A program made the position numbers and the translations under genes. Shown in pieces: positions 43,713-52,081 of a DNA stretch of 52,081 nt. How positions within the stretch are numbered: position 1 is the stretch's first letter; each line of letters begins with the position of its first letter. The notes beneath the pieces were generated by a model. That model searched no databases. It was not told the DNA's origin and saw nothing but the letters and a program-made list of their open reading frames with translations. The stretch lies in the IMG/VR virus record IMGVR_UViG_3300031974_001518, positions 1-52,081 of that record. The stretch is one strand, 5' to 3'. Source of the DNA: a virus (lineage: Duplodnaviria > Caudoviricetes).

Positions 43713-44138
43713 ATGGACTACAATACCCAAGACTTAATTACACAACTCATTGACCACGAAGGCTTAAAGCTCTTCCCCTACCACTGTACTGCCGACAAGT
43801 TAACCATCGGCGTTGGACGTAACCTCGAGGATCGCGGTATCTCAAACGATGAAGCGGCATATCTTCTCAAGAACGATATCGAAATCGTTGAGCGTGAGCT
43901 ATTGGAGGCACAACCTCTGGTATCTATGCTCGACTCAGTTCGACAACGTGTATTGGTTGATATGGGTTTCAACCTCGGTACTCCGACACTTATGAAGTTC
44001 TCAAACATGTGGGACGCTATCGAAGATGAGGATTGGGAAGAGGCGGCTGATCAAATGCTTGATAGTCGGTGGGCAAAGCAGGTAGGTCGTCGTGCCCATC
44101 GTCTTGCTGATGCAATGCGTACAGGCGAGTGGGTCTAA
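43713..44138 (+). CDS. T4-like lysozyme (GH24)
   Basis: HEGLKL.PY.C...LTIGVGRNL, DMGFNLG and MLDSRWAKQV..RA.RL. Confidence 0.88.
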   Translation: MDYNTQDLITQLIDHEGLKLFPYHCTADKLTIGVGRNLEDRGISNDEAAYLLKNDIEIVERELLEAQPLVSMLDSVRQRVLVDMGFNLGTPTLMKFSNMWDAIEDEDWEEAADQMLDSRWAKQVGRRAHRLADAMRTGEWV

Positions 44139-44525
44139 GTGTCTGTAAGTAATAACGTAACAACGAAAAGCCGTTTCAAGACGGTTAACGTACGTTGTGA
44201 TACTGACGAGGCGGTGGAGACACTCTACACGTGTCCTGCCAACTGCCGTTCCCATATGTCGATGCTACATCTCGTGAACGCTGGGGGTACCGTGACTGTT
44301 GACGTAGAGTTTAATCGATCTGCCGCAAGTCAGGCGGCTCTCGGTGTTGACGCGAGTGTGCACATTCTTGGTGGCAAGAACATGAGTACCGGCGACTACA
44401 TCCAGTTTCTCGGTGCCGTTATGGTAATGGAGCCGGGGGATACTGTCACAGTCACTGCTGATGGTACTACCCCCACTGTCGACGTAATCGCTACCCTCGA
44501 AGAATTTTTTGTAACCCCCGGATAA
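44139..44525 (+). CDS. Hypothetical structural protein
   Basis: 128 aa, beta-rich. Confidence 0.55.
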   Translation: MSVSNNVTTKSRFKTVNVRCDTDEAVETLYTCPANCRSHMSMLHLVNAGGTVTVDVEFNRSAASQAALGVDASVHILGGKNMSTGDYIQFLGAVMVMEPGDTVTVTADGTTPTVDVIATLEEFFVTPG

Positions 44526-44543
44526 ATATAACAGAGGTAAATA

Positions 44544-44981
44544 ATGGCAATCACCACTGCAATGTGCACGAGTTTCAAGCAAGAAATTCTTGGCGGTGTA
44601 CACGACCTAGACACAGATTCAATCAAGCTTGCCCTCATCAAGCAGTCCCCTTCTGGGACCTACGGTGCGGCAACAACCAACTACTCAGACGTGACAGGAA
44701 ACTCAGATGAGGCTTCTGGTACAGGGTACAGTTCGGGCGGTAATGTACTTGCCAGTGCGAGCATTACTGCGGATGGTACTACAGCAATTGTAGACTTCGC
44801 AGATACGACCTTCTCGAACGCAACTGTTGCGGCAGACGGGTGTATCATCTACAACGCGGATCAGGGGAACAAGGCCATCGCCGTAATTGATTTCGGTGGC
44901 ACGATCCTATCCTCTGCGGGTGACTTCACCATCACATTCCCAGCGGCGGCTTCGTCTACTGCAATCATCCGGATTGCTTAA
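44544..44981 (+). CDS. Conserved structural protein
   Basis: MAITTAMCTSFKQE...GTGY..GG...AVIDFGG...FTITFP...AIIRIA. Confidence 0.65.
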   Translation: MAITTAMCTSFKQEILGGVHDLDTDSIKLALIKQSPSGTYGAATTNYSDVTGNSDEASGTGYSSGGNVLASASITADGTTAIVDFADTTFSNATVAADGCIIYNADQGNKAIAVIDFGGTILSSAGDFTITFPAAASSTAIIRIA

Positions 44982-44985
44982 CTAG

Positions 44986-45396
44986 ATGGCTTTCTACGAC
45001 GGGGCTGATGCGTTCTACGGGACAGGGACCTACAGTTCTGCCCGATACGGTGTAGTAATACCAAGCCTCACTGTCACGGGCGTTGCAGGTACATCTGCTG
45101 TCGGACGATACTTCCGGGGTGTACAGGGCACAGGTTCCGTAGACTTTGTTGACTCGGCCTTGACGGAGCCTACCGAAGTCACCCCAGCAATGACTGGGGC
45201 TGTCGGTTCCGTAACCTTCATTGCTTCCGTACGTATCACTCTAGCTAGCGCACTCGGTACAGGTCAGATTGCTCGCCCCACAGTGACAGGCGATGAGTTC
45301 AATTTCGAGGCTACAAAAACCCTCTATGATCGTAAGCGACTCATCTATGTGCCAGCACGACCTTCCTCTGCACAGCGAACTATTAAGGTAATATAA
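44986..45396 (+). CDS. Hypothetical structural protein
   Basis: YGTGTY motif; G/T/V-rich. Confidence 0.55.
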   Translation: MAFYDGADAFYGTGTYSSARYGVVIPSLTVTGVAGTSAVGRYFRGVQGTGSVDFVDSALTEPTEVTPAMTGAVGSVTFIASVRITLASALGTGQIARPTVTGDEFNFEATKTLYDRKRLIYVPARPSSAQRTIKVI

Positions 45397-45397
45397 G

Positions 45398-45745
45398 ATG
45401 GCATATCAGTGGCCCTTCAAAGACCCCGATGAAACTCTCGACTACAGCATCGACTGGTCACGGTATCTCGACACTGCGACACTGTCTACCGTAGTTTGGT
45501 CCGTCAAGACGCCAGTGTACACCACGGACACAACCTTGGCGGCGGGGGAAGATTTGACGACAGCAACTTCTGGGGCGACTACAGACAGCATCCAGAACGT
45601 ATCCCAAACAAACACGGATACCGTAGCGACAATTAATATCGCTGGGGGCGAAGCTAACCGCGAATACACTTTCACTTGCACGGTAACGGACAGCACTGCT
45701 ACTGTTAGTCAGCGAGTTGTTAAATTAAAGATTAAGGAGCGATAG
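45398..45745 (+). CDS. Ig-like structural protein
   Basis: KDPDETLDYSIDW...YTFTC. Confidence 0.6.
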   Translation: MAYQWPFKDPDETLDYSIDWSRYLDTATLSTVVWSVKTPVYTTDTTLAAGEDLTTATSGATTDSIQNVSQTNTDTVATINIAGGEANREYTFTCTVTDSTATVSQRVVKLKIKER

Positions 45746-45750
45746 TCGAG

Positions 45751-46431
45751 ATGGCGTACAACTACTTAGGTCTCACGAATGATGTCGCTCTACGCTTGAA
45801 TGAGACGCAACTGACGTCTAGCAACTTTGCCACCTCAACAGGTTTTTACGCTTCTATCAAAGAAGCCGTCAACTCATCGATACGTCACGTCAATCAAGCC
45901 CATTTCTTCTGGCCCTACAACCACGCAGACCAGACAGATACCCTCACCGGGGGTGTCTCTCGGTACGCCCTACCGGAAGATGCCAAGTACATCGACTTCG
46001 GTTCTTTCCGAGTTCGTCGAAATACGAGCCTCAATATCGGGGAAGGACGTCGCTTAAACCAACTAACCTATTCCGAGTACCTCAGTACGTATGTCGATCA
46101 GGAGTATGAGACGGATGCAACTAGGGGGGCGGTCCCCCGCAATGTTGTTCGCACACCAGATCAGGAGTATATTATTGTACCGATGCCGAATGCGGCGTAT
46201 GAGATTGACTACGAGTACTATGTAACCCCGGTTGATCTTGAACTTTATGATGATGTACCGACGATACCAGAGCAGTTTAGACACGTGATTGTGGATGGGG
46301 CGATGTACTATGCGTATATGTTCCGGGATAACCTCGAAATGGCAAACTTGTCCCAATCAAAATTCGAGAACGGGATAAAGAACATGAGGACACTCCTCGT
46401 CAACGAAAACGTCTACTTCCGGAGCTTTTAA
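45751..46431 (+). CDS. Tail adaptor / tubular protein A-like
   Basis: YLGLTNDV..RLNE...P.IPEQFRHVIVDGA; precedes the nozzle-sized gene. Confidence 0.65.
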   Translation: MAYNYLGLTNDVALRLNETQLTSSNFATSTGFYASIKEAVNSSIRHVNQAHFFWPYNHADQTDTLTGGVSRYALPEDAKYIDFGSFRVRRNTSLNIGEGRRLNQLTYSEYLSTYVDQEYETDATRGAVPRNVVRTPDQEYIIVPMPNAAYEIDYEYYVTPVDLELYDDVPTIPEQFRHVIVDGAMYYAYMFRDNLEMANLSQSKFENGIKNMRTLLVNENVYFRSF

Positions 46432-46434
46432 CCG

Positions 46435-47964
46435 ATGCCAGATCGTTGGCTTACCTTCCCTGTCGAGTTCTCTGGTGGCTTAATAACTAATCTGTCACCC
46501 CTGCAACAGGGACTCAACTATCCGGGCTCCGCAACGGTAATGCGGAACTTTGAACCGTCAGTAGATGGTGGATATCGTCGTATTGAAGGATACTCAAAGT
46601 GGGACGACACAGTCCTGCCCGGTAGTGGATTCGTACGGGGTGTTGTGGAGTTTGAGCAGGCGGTGTATGCGGCACGGGGTTCACACCTGTACCAGTCAGG
46701 CGGAAGTGGTTGGACACAACTCACGGACAACGCAACCTATAGCTCCTCCGGGGTTAGTCTAGCCGGTAGCGGCTTCGTACGGTTTGCGAAGCACAAGTTT
46801 GCCGGCACAGACGTTCTCATTATTACCGATGGTCAGGGGAAACCTTTCAAGTGGGATGGTTCGACATTTGCTCAGATTACGACGGCAACGACGGAAGTCA
46901 ACGGGGCTGACTTCGTAACCAACCACAAGAACCACCTCTTCTTCTCCGAAGACAATATTGTAACTTTTACAGCACCTTTTAGTGATACGGACTTTACACC
47001 CGCGTCAGGTGCGGGTACAATAGTATTTGATAATGCAGTCACGGATATGATCTCGTTCCGCGAACAGTTGGTCATATTCACCGAGCAGTCAATACATTTA
47101 TTGGTGGGTTCCACGGTTGCTGACTTCACCCTCGAGCCCATCACGCGGGACATCGGTGCAGTAAAGCCTGACACCGCTCAAGAGATCGGCGGCGACATCA
47201 TGTTCTTGGGACCTGACGGGTTACGCCTTCTCAGTGCCACCGAAAGAAACAACGATTTCGGATTGGGTGTTGTGTCTAAAAACATCCAACCCACGATGAC
47301 ACAGTTTATTGGGCAGTCGTCACACTTCGCTAGTGTCGTCATCCGCTCCAAATCACAGTACCGTCTCTTCGGCTTTAACTCGAGCTACACAGACAACGCG
47401 GCTCGCGGTATACTCGGAACACAGTTTGCCGAGCAGGGCGGGGAAGGAATGCAGTGGGCTGAAACACGGGGAATCAATGCCTACGTTTCGTCGAGCTCCT
47501 TGAACGATACTGAAGAGTATCTCCTGTTTGCCAACGACGATGGTTATGTGTATCGTATGGAAGACGGGAACAGCTTTGACGGGACCAACATTGTAGCGTC
47601 ATTCAAAACGCCAGAGCTCCCCATACAAGATCCCTCCACACGAAAGAGTATGTACAAGATGCAACTCTTCGTAGATCCTCAAGGGGGATTCAGTGCAGAA
47701 ATGTCAACGGAGTACGACTACAACCAAGCAAATGTCGTACAGCCCGAAGTCATCACGATTTCAAACACGGCATCTCCAGCGGCATTTTACGGTGTAGCAA
47801 CCTACGGAACATCAGGATTCGGCGGAAACTTGCAATACATTTTTGACATACAACTCACAGGTTCAGGAAACGTAGTGGCGTTCAACTTCGAGAGTGACTC
47901 GAGCGATCCGCCATTCTCTCTCGACTCAATGATCATCCAGTACGGTCAATACGGCCGGAGGTAA
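46435..47964 (+). CDS. Tail nozzle / tubular protein B-like
   Basis: 509 aa beta-propeller-like; NFEPSVDGGYRRI and FLGPDGLR. Confidence 0.65.
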   Translation: MPDRWLTFPVEFSGGLITNLSPLQQGLNYPGSATVMRNFEPSVDGGYRRIEGYSKWDDTVLPGSGFVRGVVEFEQAVYAARGSHLYQSGGSGWTQLTDNATYSSSGVSLAGSGFVRFAKHKFAGTDVLIITDGQGKPFKWDGSTFAQITTATTEVNGADFVTNHKNHLFFSEDNIVTFTAPFSDTDFTPASGAGTIVFDNAVTDMISFREQLVIFTEQSIHLLVGSTVADFTLEPITRDIGAVKPDTAQEIGGDIMFLGPDGLRLLSATERNNDFGLGVVSKNIQPTMTQFIGQSSHFASVVIRSKSQYRLFGFNSSYTDNAARGILGTQFAEQGGEGMQWAETRGINAYVSSSSLNDTEEYLLFANDDGYVYRMEDGNSFDGTNIVASFKTPELPIQDPSTRKSMYKMQLFVDPQGGFSAEMSTEYDYNQANVVQPEVITISNTASPAAFYGVATYGTSGFGGNLQYIFDIQLTGSGNVVAFNFESDSSDPPFSLDSMIIQYGQYGRR

Positions 47965-47971
47965 AATAATA

Positions 47972-49564
47972 ATGGGACAAGGATATACTCGTAACGATAC
48001 GGCCAACAACATTGCTGATGGAAACATCATCAACGCATCGGATCTCGACGGAGAGTTTGATGCCATTCAGGCCGCGTTTAACGCATCAAACGGACACTCA
48101 CACGACGGCTCATCTGGGGAAGGCCCCGAGATCACCACAGCCGGTTTAGCAGATGATGCTGTTACTGCCGCAAAACTAGATGATACAGCCAGTTTCACGA
48201 TGGCAGGACTCACCGTATCTGGGGCGGTGTCTCTCAACGGTAGTACAACCATCGGTAACGCCGATACGGATACTGTCACAGTCACCGCAGATGTTGCCTC
48301 GAGTTTGATCCCGTCTGCTGATGCGACCCACGATCTCGGTGCGACAGGTTCGGAGTGGAACGACCTCTACATCACAGGTACTGCTAACATCGATGCCCTC
48401 GTTGCTGATACAGCGGACATCAACGCCGGATCTATCGATGGGGTAACCATCGGTACAAACTCCGCAGTTACGGATCTCCGCGTCGACAACCTCCAAATTG
48501 ACGGTAACACCATCTCGTCCACAGACACTGCTGGGGATATCACCCTCACACCTGATGGTACTGGTAATGTTAACCTCGATGCGGACACGGTCCGTGTAGG
48601 GGATTCAGGGGTTGACGCGACGGTTACGACAAATGGTGCCGGGGACATCATTATCAATACCAACGCAGGCTCTTCTTCAGGTTCGATTCGTATCTACGAC
48701 GGAGCAGATGGGGATATCAACCTCACCCCCAACGGCACAGGTTCCGTGGTTATCTCGAAGGCAGATATCAACGGTGGGGCTATCGATGCAACCAATATCG
48801 GTGCCGCGACTGCTGGTACGGGTAATTTCTCGACGCTGTCCATCGATGGTACTGCGATTACCTCCACAGCCACCGAACTCAACATCCTTGACGGTGCTAC
48901 TCTAGACGTAAACGAACTCAACATCCTTGACGGGGTAACTTCCACAACTGCGGAGTTAAACCTCGTTGATGGCTCAACTGCCGGTACCATCGTCAACAGC
49001 AAAGCGGTGGTTTACGGTGCGTCTGGTGAAGTCAATGCAACCACCCTTCAGGTTGGCGGTACAGCTATCACGGCAACTCCCGCAGAGATCAACCTCCTTG
49101 ATGGGGTTACGGCTACAACAGCAGAACTGAACTACGTCGATGGCGTTACTTCAGCGATCCAGACTCAGTTAGACGCAAAGGAAACGGCTGACGCTGATAT
49201 CGTCAAGAAGGACGAGAACAACACATTCACAGCCGCACAACGTGGATCAACCGACACAGATACAACCAACACTGGTGACATTACACTTGACTTTGATGCC
49301 AACCAGAACTTTGTCCTCACACTCACTGGCAATATCACGCTAAAAAATCCTTCTACTGAATCAGTCGGGCAGTCTGGATTCATCGTGTTTATTCAAGATG
49401 CTACTGGCAATCGCACAGTCTCGCTTGAGTCGGAGTACAAAACTGCGGGAGGCGTGGACTCAATCACCTTATCCACAGCGGCAAGTACAACTGATCTTGT
49501 TCCATATATCGTATCAGCGTCCGGTAGTATCTTACTTGGCGCACCACAACTGGCGTTTTCATAA
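47972..49564 (+). CDS. Tail fibre protein
   Basis: Adaptor-like N-terminus (GHSHDG); T/G/D-rich shaft with 13-aa ELN.LDG repeats. Confidence 0.75.
   Translation: MGQGYTRNDTANNIADGNIINASDLDGEFDAIQAAFNASNGHSHDGSSGEGPEITTAGLADDAVTAAKLDDTASFTMAGLTVSGAVSLNGSTTIGNADTDTVTVTADVASSLIPSADATHDLGATGSEWNDLYITGTANIDALVADTADINAGSIDGVTIGTNSAVTDLRVDNLQIDGNTISSTDTAGDITLTPDGTGNVNLDADTVRVGDSGVDATVTTNGAGDIIINTNAGSSSGSIRIYDGADGDINLTPNGTGSVVISKADINGGAIDATNIGAATAGTGNFSTLSIDGTAITSTATELNILDGATLDVNELNILDGVTSTTAELNLVDGSTAGTIVNSKAVVYGASGEVNATTLQVGGTAITATPAEINLLDGVTATTAELNYVDGVTSAIQTQLDAKETADADIVKKDENNTFTAAQRGSTDTDTTNTGDITLDFDANQNFVLTLTGNITLKNPSTESVGQSGFIVFIQDATGNRTVSLESEYKTAGGVDSITLSTAASTTDLVPYIVSASGSILLGAPQLAFS
48859..49144 (+). 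repeat. Coding repeats (T.T.AELN.LDG); 21-bp identical units at 48874 and 48913
   Basis: CGAACTCAACATCCTTGACGG occurs twice 39 nt apart; five peptide copies in total. Confidence 0.75.
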
Positions 49565-51984
49565 TGTTTGATAATAGTCAATTTTTCTCAGGCGGTGCGG
49601 CGGGCTTCTACGACTTCCCGCTAGAGCAGAGTCTACGGTTCAATGATGATGACAGTGCGTACCTAGAGTGGACTCCTGATAGCAATCCAACAACTGCGGG
49701 AGTATTTACGTTTAGTTTTTGGTTTAAGTTATCCAATCCGTCTAGTCCTGCGACAATTTTATACCCGTATACGGACAGCAATAATTTTGGGCAAGTAGCA
49801 CTTTCCTCAAACCAGTTAAGTGTTTACTCCGCTATTGGCGGAAGTGCAAAAGTCAATGTAAAAACAACTGCGGTACTGCGTGACTATTCGGCTTGGTATC
49901 ATGCAGTAATAAAATTCAATTCAACTTCAGGCAATGAAGAAATAAAGATATACCTAAACGGAGTAAATCAATCATTAACTACTACCACGGCAATGACAGC
50001 GCATACTCCAAAATATGCCGCCAACGGTGTGGATCATTATTTCGGAAGTAACTTTAATCAATCAGGACTATTCGACGGCTACCTAGCCGAAGTCAACTTC
50101 ATCGACGGCACAGCCCTAGACGCTGACTCATTCGGTGAACTCAAGAACGGTGTGTGGATTCCTAAAGACCCATCAGGACTGGCCTACGGTACGAATGGCT
50201 TTCGATTGAGTTTTGCAGACGATGCAGAGGTGGAGGCGTTTAATACTGTCTTGTATGAAGGCAACGGAGCTACAACAACAAGTACGCAAAGTGTTACTGG
50301 CGTTGGCTTTTCACCAGATTTAGTCTGGATTAAAAACAGAGATAACACTACGAGCAATTCTTTGTACGATACGATTCGTGGTGCAGACGTTACTTTAAGA
50401 ACCAACACAACTGATAAAGATTTTGATTACGGGAATACCTTATTGTCTTTTGACTCTGATGGTTTTACTGTTGGTAATTATTCACACGTTAATGGCAATG
50501 GATTAAGCCACGTTGCTTGGTGTTGGAAAGCAGGAGGCGCACCTACCGTTGACAACTCAGCAGGGGCGGGGAGTGTCCCAACAGCAGGTAGCGTCAAGAT
50601 TGATGGCGTTAACTCTACGTCTGCACTAGCGGGGACTATTTCTGCTACAAGACTTTCTGCTAGCACTACTTATGGTTTCTCTATCGTGAAGTGGTCAGGA
50701 AACCAAACTTCAGGCGCAACCGTTGGTCATGAGCTTGGGGCTTCTCCGTCTTTAATTATTACCAAATGTACTAGCCATGCGACAAGTTGGGTAGTTGGCA
50801 TAGGCGGTCTTTCTGGCTTTGGAGTTAATGATTATCTAACGCTTCAGACAACAGGTGCTAAAAATTCATCATCTACGTTTTATCAAGCATATGGTACAGA
50901 TACGTTTACCGTTGGAGTTTCTTCCGCTGATGAAATGAATAAGACAAGCAGAGATTATATTTCTTATGTCTGGGCTGAGAAGTCGGGGTATTCTAAGTTT
51001 GATAGCTATTCTGGAGCAACAGGCGAAATAACTGTTTACACAACAGATGATGGTACATCTAGCGGAACCAATCCATTTAAGCCCGCTTTTGTTCTACTCA
51101 AGCGTACTGACAGCGATCCGGGCGATGCGTACTGGGTTATATTTGATAACACTCGTGATGTTGAAGGCGATAATGGTAGGCATCTTTTTGCTAATTTAAC
51201 TGCCACCGAATCTGATAGCTCATCTCGTAAAATAACTTTTAATGATAATGGATTTACCATTCCTGCTTCTGCGTCAGCAGATGCTTCAGTTAACGCAGGA
51301 TCAGGCACATACATCTACGCCGCCTTTGCAGACACACGGGAAGCGGCCTTCTGGCTAGATCAGACAAGTAATGACAACGATTGGCAACCTGTCAACCTAG
51401 ACCATAACGATACGTTGGCTGATAGTCCGACGAATAACTTCTGCACCATGAATCCAATTGCTAAGTTTGGCACACCTAGTGCGTTTACGCTCGCTGACGG
51501 AAACCTAGACTTAACTTTTACATCTACTTCTGGCAACGATAGCGCAGTCGGAACAATGGGTCTTACATCTGGCAAGTGGTATCACGAAGTCACTCTTGTT
51601 TCTCATGCAGACGATTCAAATGCAGGGTTTACAACTGCCGAAGCACTAGCAACTGAAACAAACACAGATGGTGCGGCTTACTTTAAGTCAGTCGGATATC
51701 ATCGTGGAGATAGAGCAATTATCTGGGGTACGGAACCTAGCCCTACGCAACGCTTTACTACATTATCTGATGGTAGTGTTCTTGGCTTTGCTTTAGACCT
51801 TGATTCGACACCGCAAACTTTAAAGATTTATCTGAATGGCGGAGCAAGCCCCATCGTAGATGTAGAGCTACCAACAGACAAAGGAGATACTTGGATTCCC
51901 TGTTGTGGCGATGATGGTGGTGATGCAGGGCGATTTATATTCAATTTCGGCCAACAACCATTCAAGTACGATCCACCGGCATAA
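49564..51984 (+). CDS. Multi-domain tail fibre / receptor-binding protein (LamG/ConA-like N-terminus, SPRY-like C-terminus)
   Basis: SLRFNDDDS, FTFSFW, WYH, FDGYLAEVNFIDG, DSPTNNF, SGKWYHEV and NFGQ. Confidence 0.75.
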   Translation: MFDNSQFFSGGAAGFYDFPLEQSLRFNDDDSAYLEWTPDSNPTTAGVFTFSFWFKLSNPSSPATILYPYTDSNNFGQVALSSNQLSVYSAIGGSAKVNVKTTAVLRDYSAWYHAVIKFNSTSGNEEIKIYLNGVNQSLTTTTAMTAHTPKYAANGVDHYFGSNFNQSGLFDGYLAEVNFIDGTALDADSFGELKNGVWIPKDPSGLAYGTNGFRLSFADDAEVEAFNTVLYEGNGATTTSTQSVTGVGFSPDLVWIKNRDNTTSNSLYDTIRGADVTLRTNTTDKDFDYGNTLLSFDSDGFTVGNYSHVNGNGLSHVAWCWKAGGAPTVDNSAGAGSVPTAGSVKIDGVNSTSALAGTISATRLSASTTYGFSIVKWSGNQTSGATVGHELGASPSLIITKCTSHATSWVVGIGGLSGFGVNDYLTLQTTGAKNSSSTFYQAYGTDTFTVGVSSADEMNKTSRDYISYVWAEKSGYSKFDSYSGATGEITVYTTDDGTSSGTNPFKPAFVLLKRTDSDPGDAYWVIFDNTRDVEGDNGRHLFANLTATESDSSSRKITFNDNGFTIPASASADASVNAGSGTYIYAAFADTREAAFWLDQTSNDNDWQPVNLDHNDTLADSPTNNFCTMNPIAKFGTPSAFTLADGNLDLTFTSTSGNDSAVGTMGLTSGKWYHEVTLVSHADDSNAGFTTAEALATETNTDGAAYFKSVGYHRGDRAIIWGTEPSPTQRFTTLSDGSVLGFALDLDSTPQTLKIYLNGGASPIVDVELPTDKGDTWIPCCGDDGGDAGRFIFNFGQQPFKYDPPA

Positions 51985-51993
51985 GGAACTGAT

Positions 51994-52081
51994 ATGGCAT
52001 ATTTACCACTCAGCACAGCCAACCTACCTGATCCGGTGATTGATCCTGCACAGGGCGAGAGTCCTGAAGATTACTTTGGGA
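51994..52081 (+). CDS. 5' fragment identical to the start of 181..1290
   Basis: 88 nt identical; MAYLPLSTANLPDPVIDPAQGESPEDYFG. Confidence 0.85.
   Translation, partial: MAYLPLSTANLPDPVIDPAQGESPEDYFG

Noticed and set aside
49564-51984. Diversity-generating retroelement acting on the fibre tip
   Set aside because: No reverse transcriptase was recognised, and the two variants differ wholesale rather than only at adenines.
51991-52081. End repeat interpreted as a biological direct terminal repeat
   Set aside because: It lies in coding sequence at a variable fibre junction and is offset from base 1; an assembly overlap or bubble explains it better.

Overview
This window is an essentially complete, circularly permuted ~51.8 kb genome of a podovirus-like dsDNA phage, most likely marine. 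The last 91 nt (51991-52081) exactly repeat 178-268, but the 130 nt before the shared region encode two different tail-fibre C-termini. There are three blocks. (1) A minus-strand replication/nucleotide block (27159 to 13860): primase, DnaB-like helicase, HNH-AP2 endonuclease, a family A DNA polymerase with a DnaJ-type zinc finger (the HMO-2011-type hallmark) that is split into separate exonuclease and polymerase genes by five small ORFs, putative SSB, PD-(D/E)XK exonuclease, T7-like endonuclease I and class Ia RNR alpha and beta. (2) A plus-strand early/accessory block (27.4-31.5 kb) with Gp88-like, DUF932-like and HTH genes, flanked by convergent sigma70-like promoters, homologous leader elements and a 20-bp inverted repeat. 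(3) A plus-strand packaging/structural block running from 32384 through the window end to 13794: TerS, TerL, a tyrosine-recombinase-like protein, portal, scaffold, major capsid protein, lysozyme, tail proteins and fibres, holin and large internal virion proteins. I recognised no RNA polymerase, reverse transcriptase, CRISPR array or tRNA. The most unusual features are the recombinase-like gene inside the packaging operon, the inverted-repeat-bounded early cassette with its family of promoter-proximal elements and small RNAs, the split polymerase, a covarying tandem hairpin before the scaffold gene, and an in-frame stop junction between two tail-fibre genes. All protein calls come from motif recognition by eye and gene context, not database searches.
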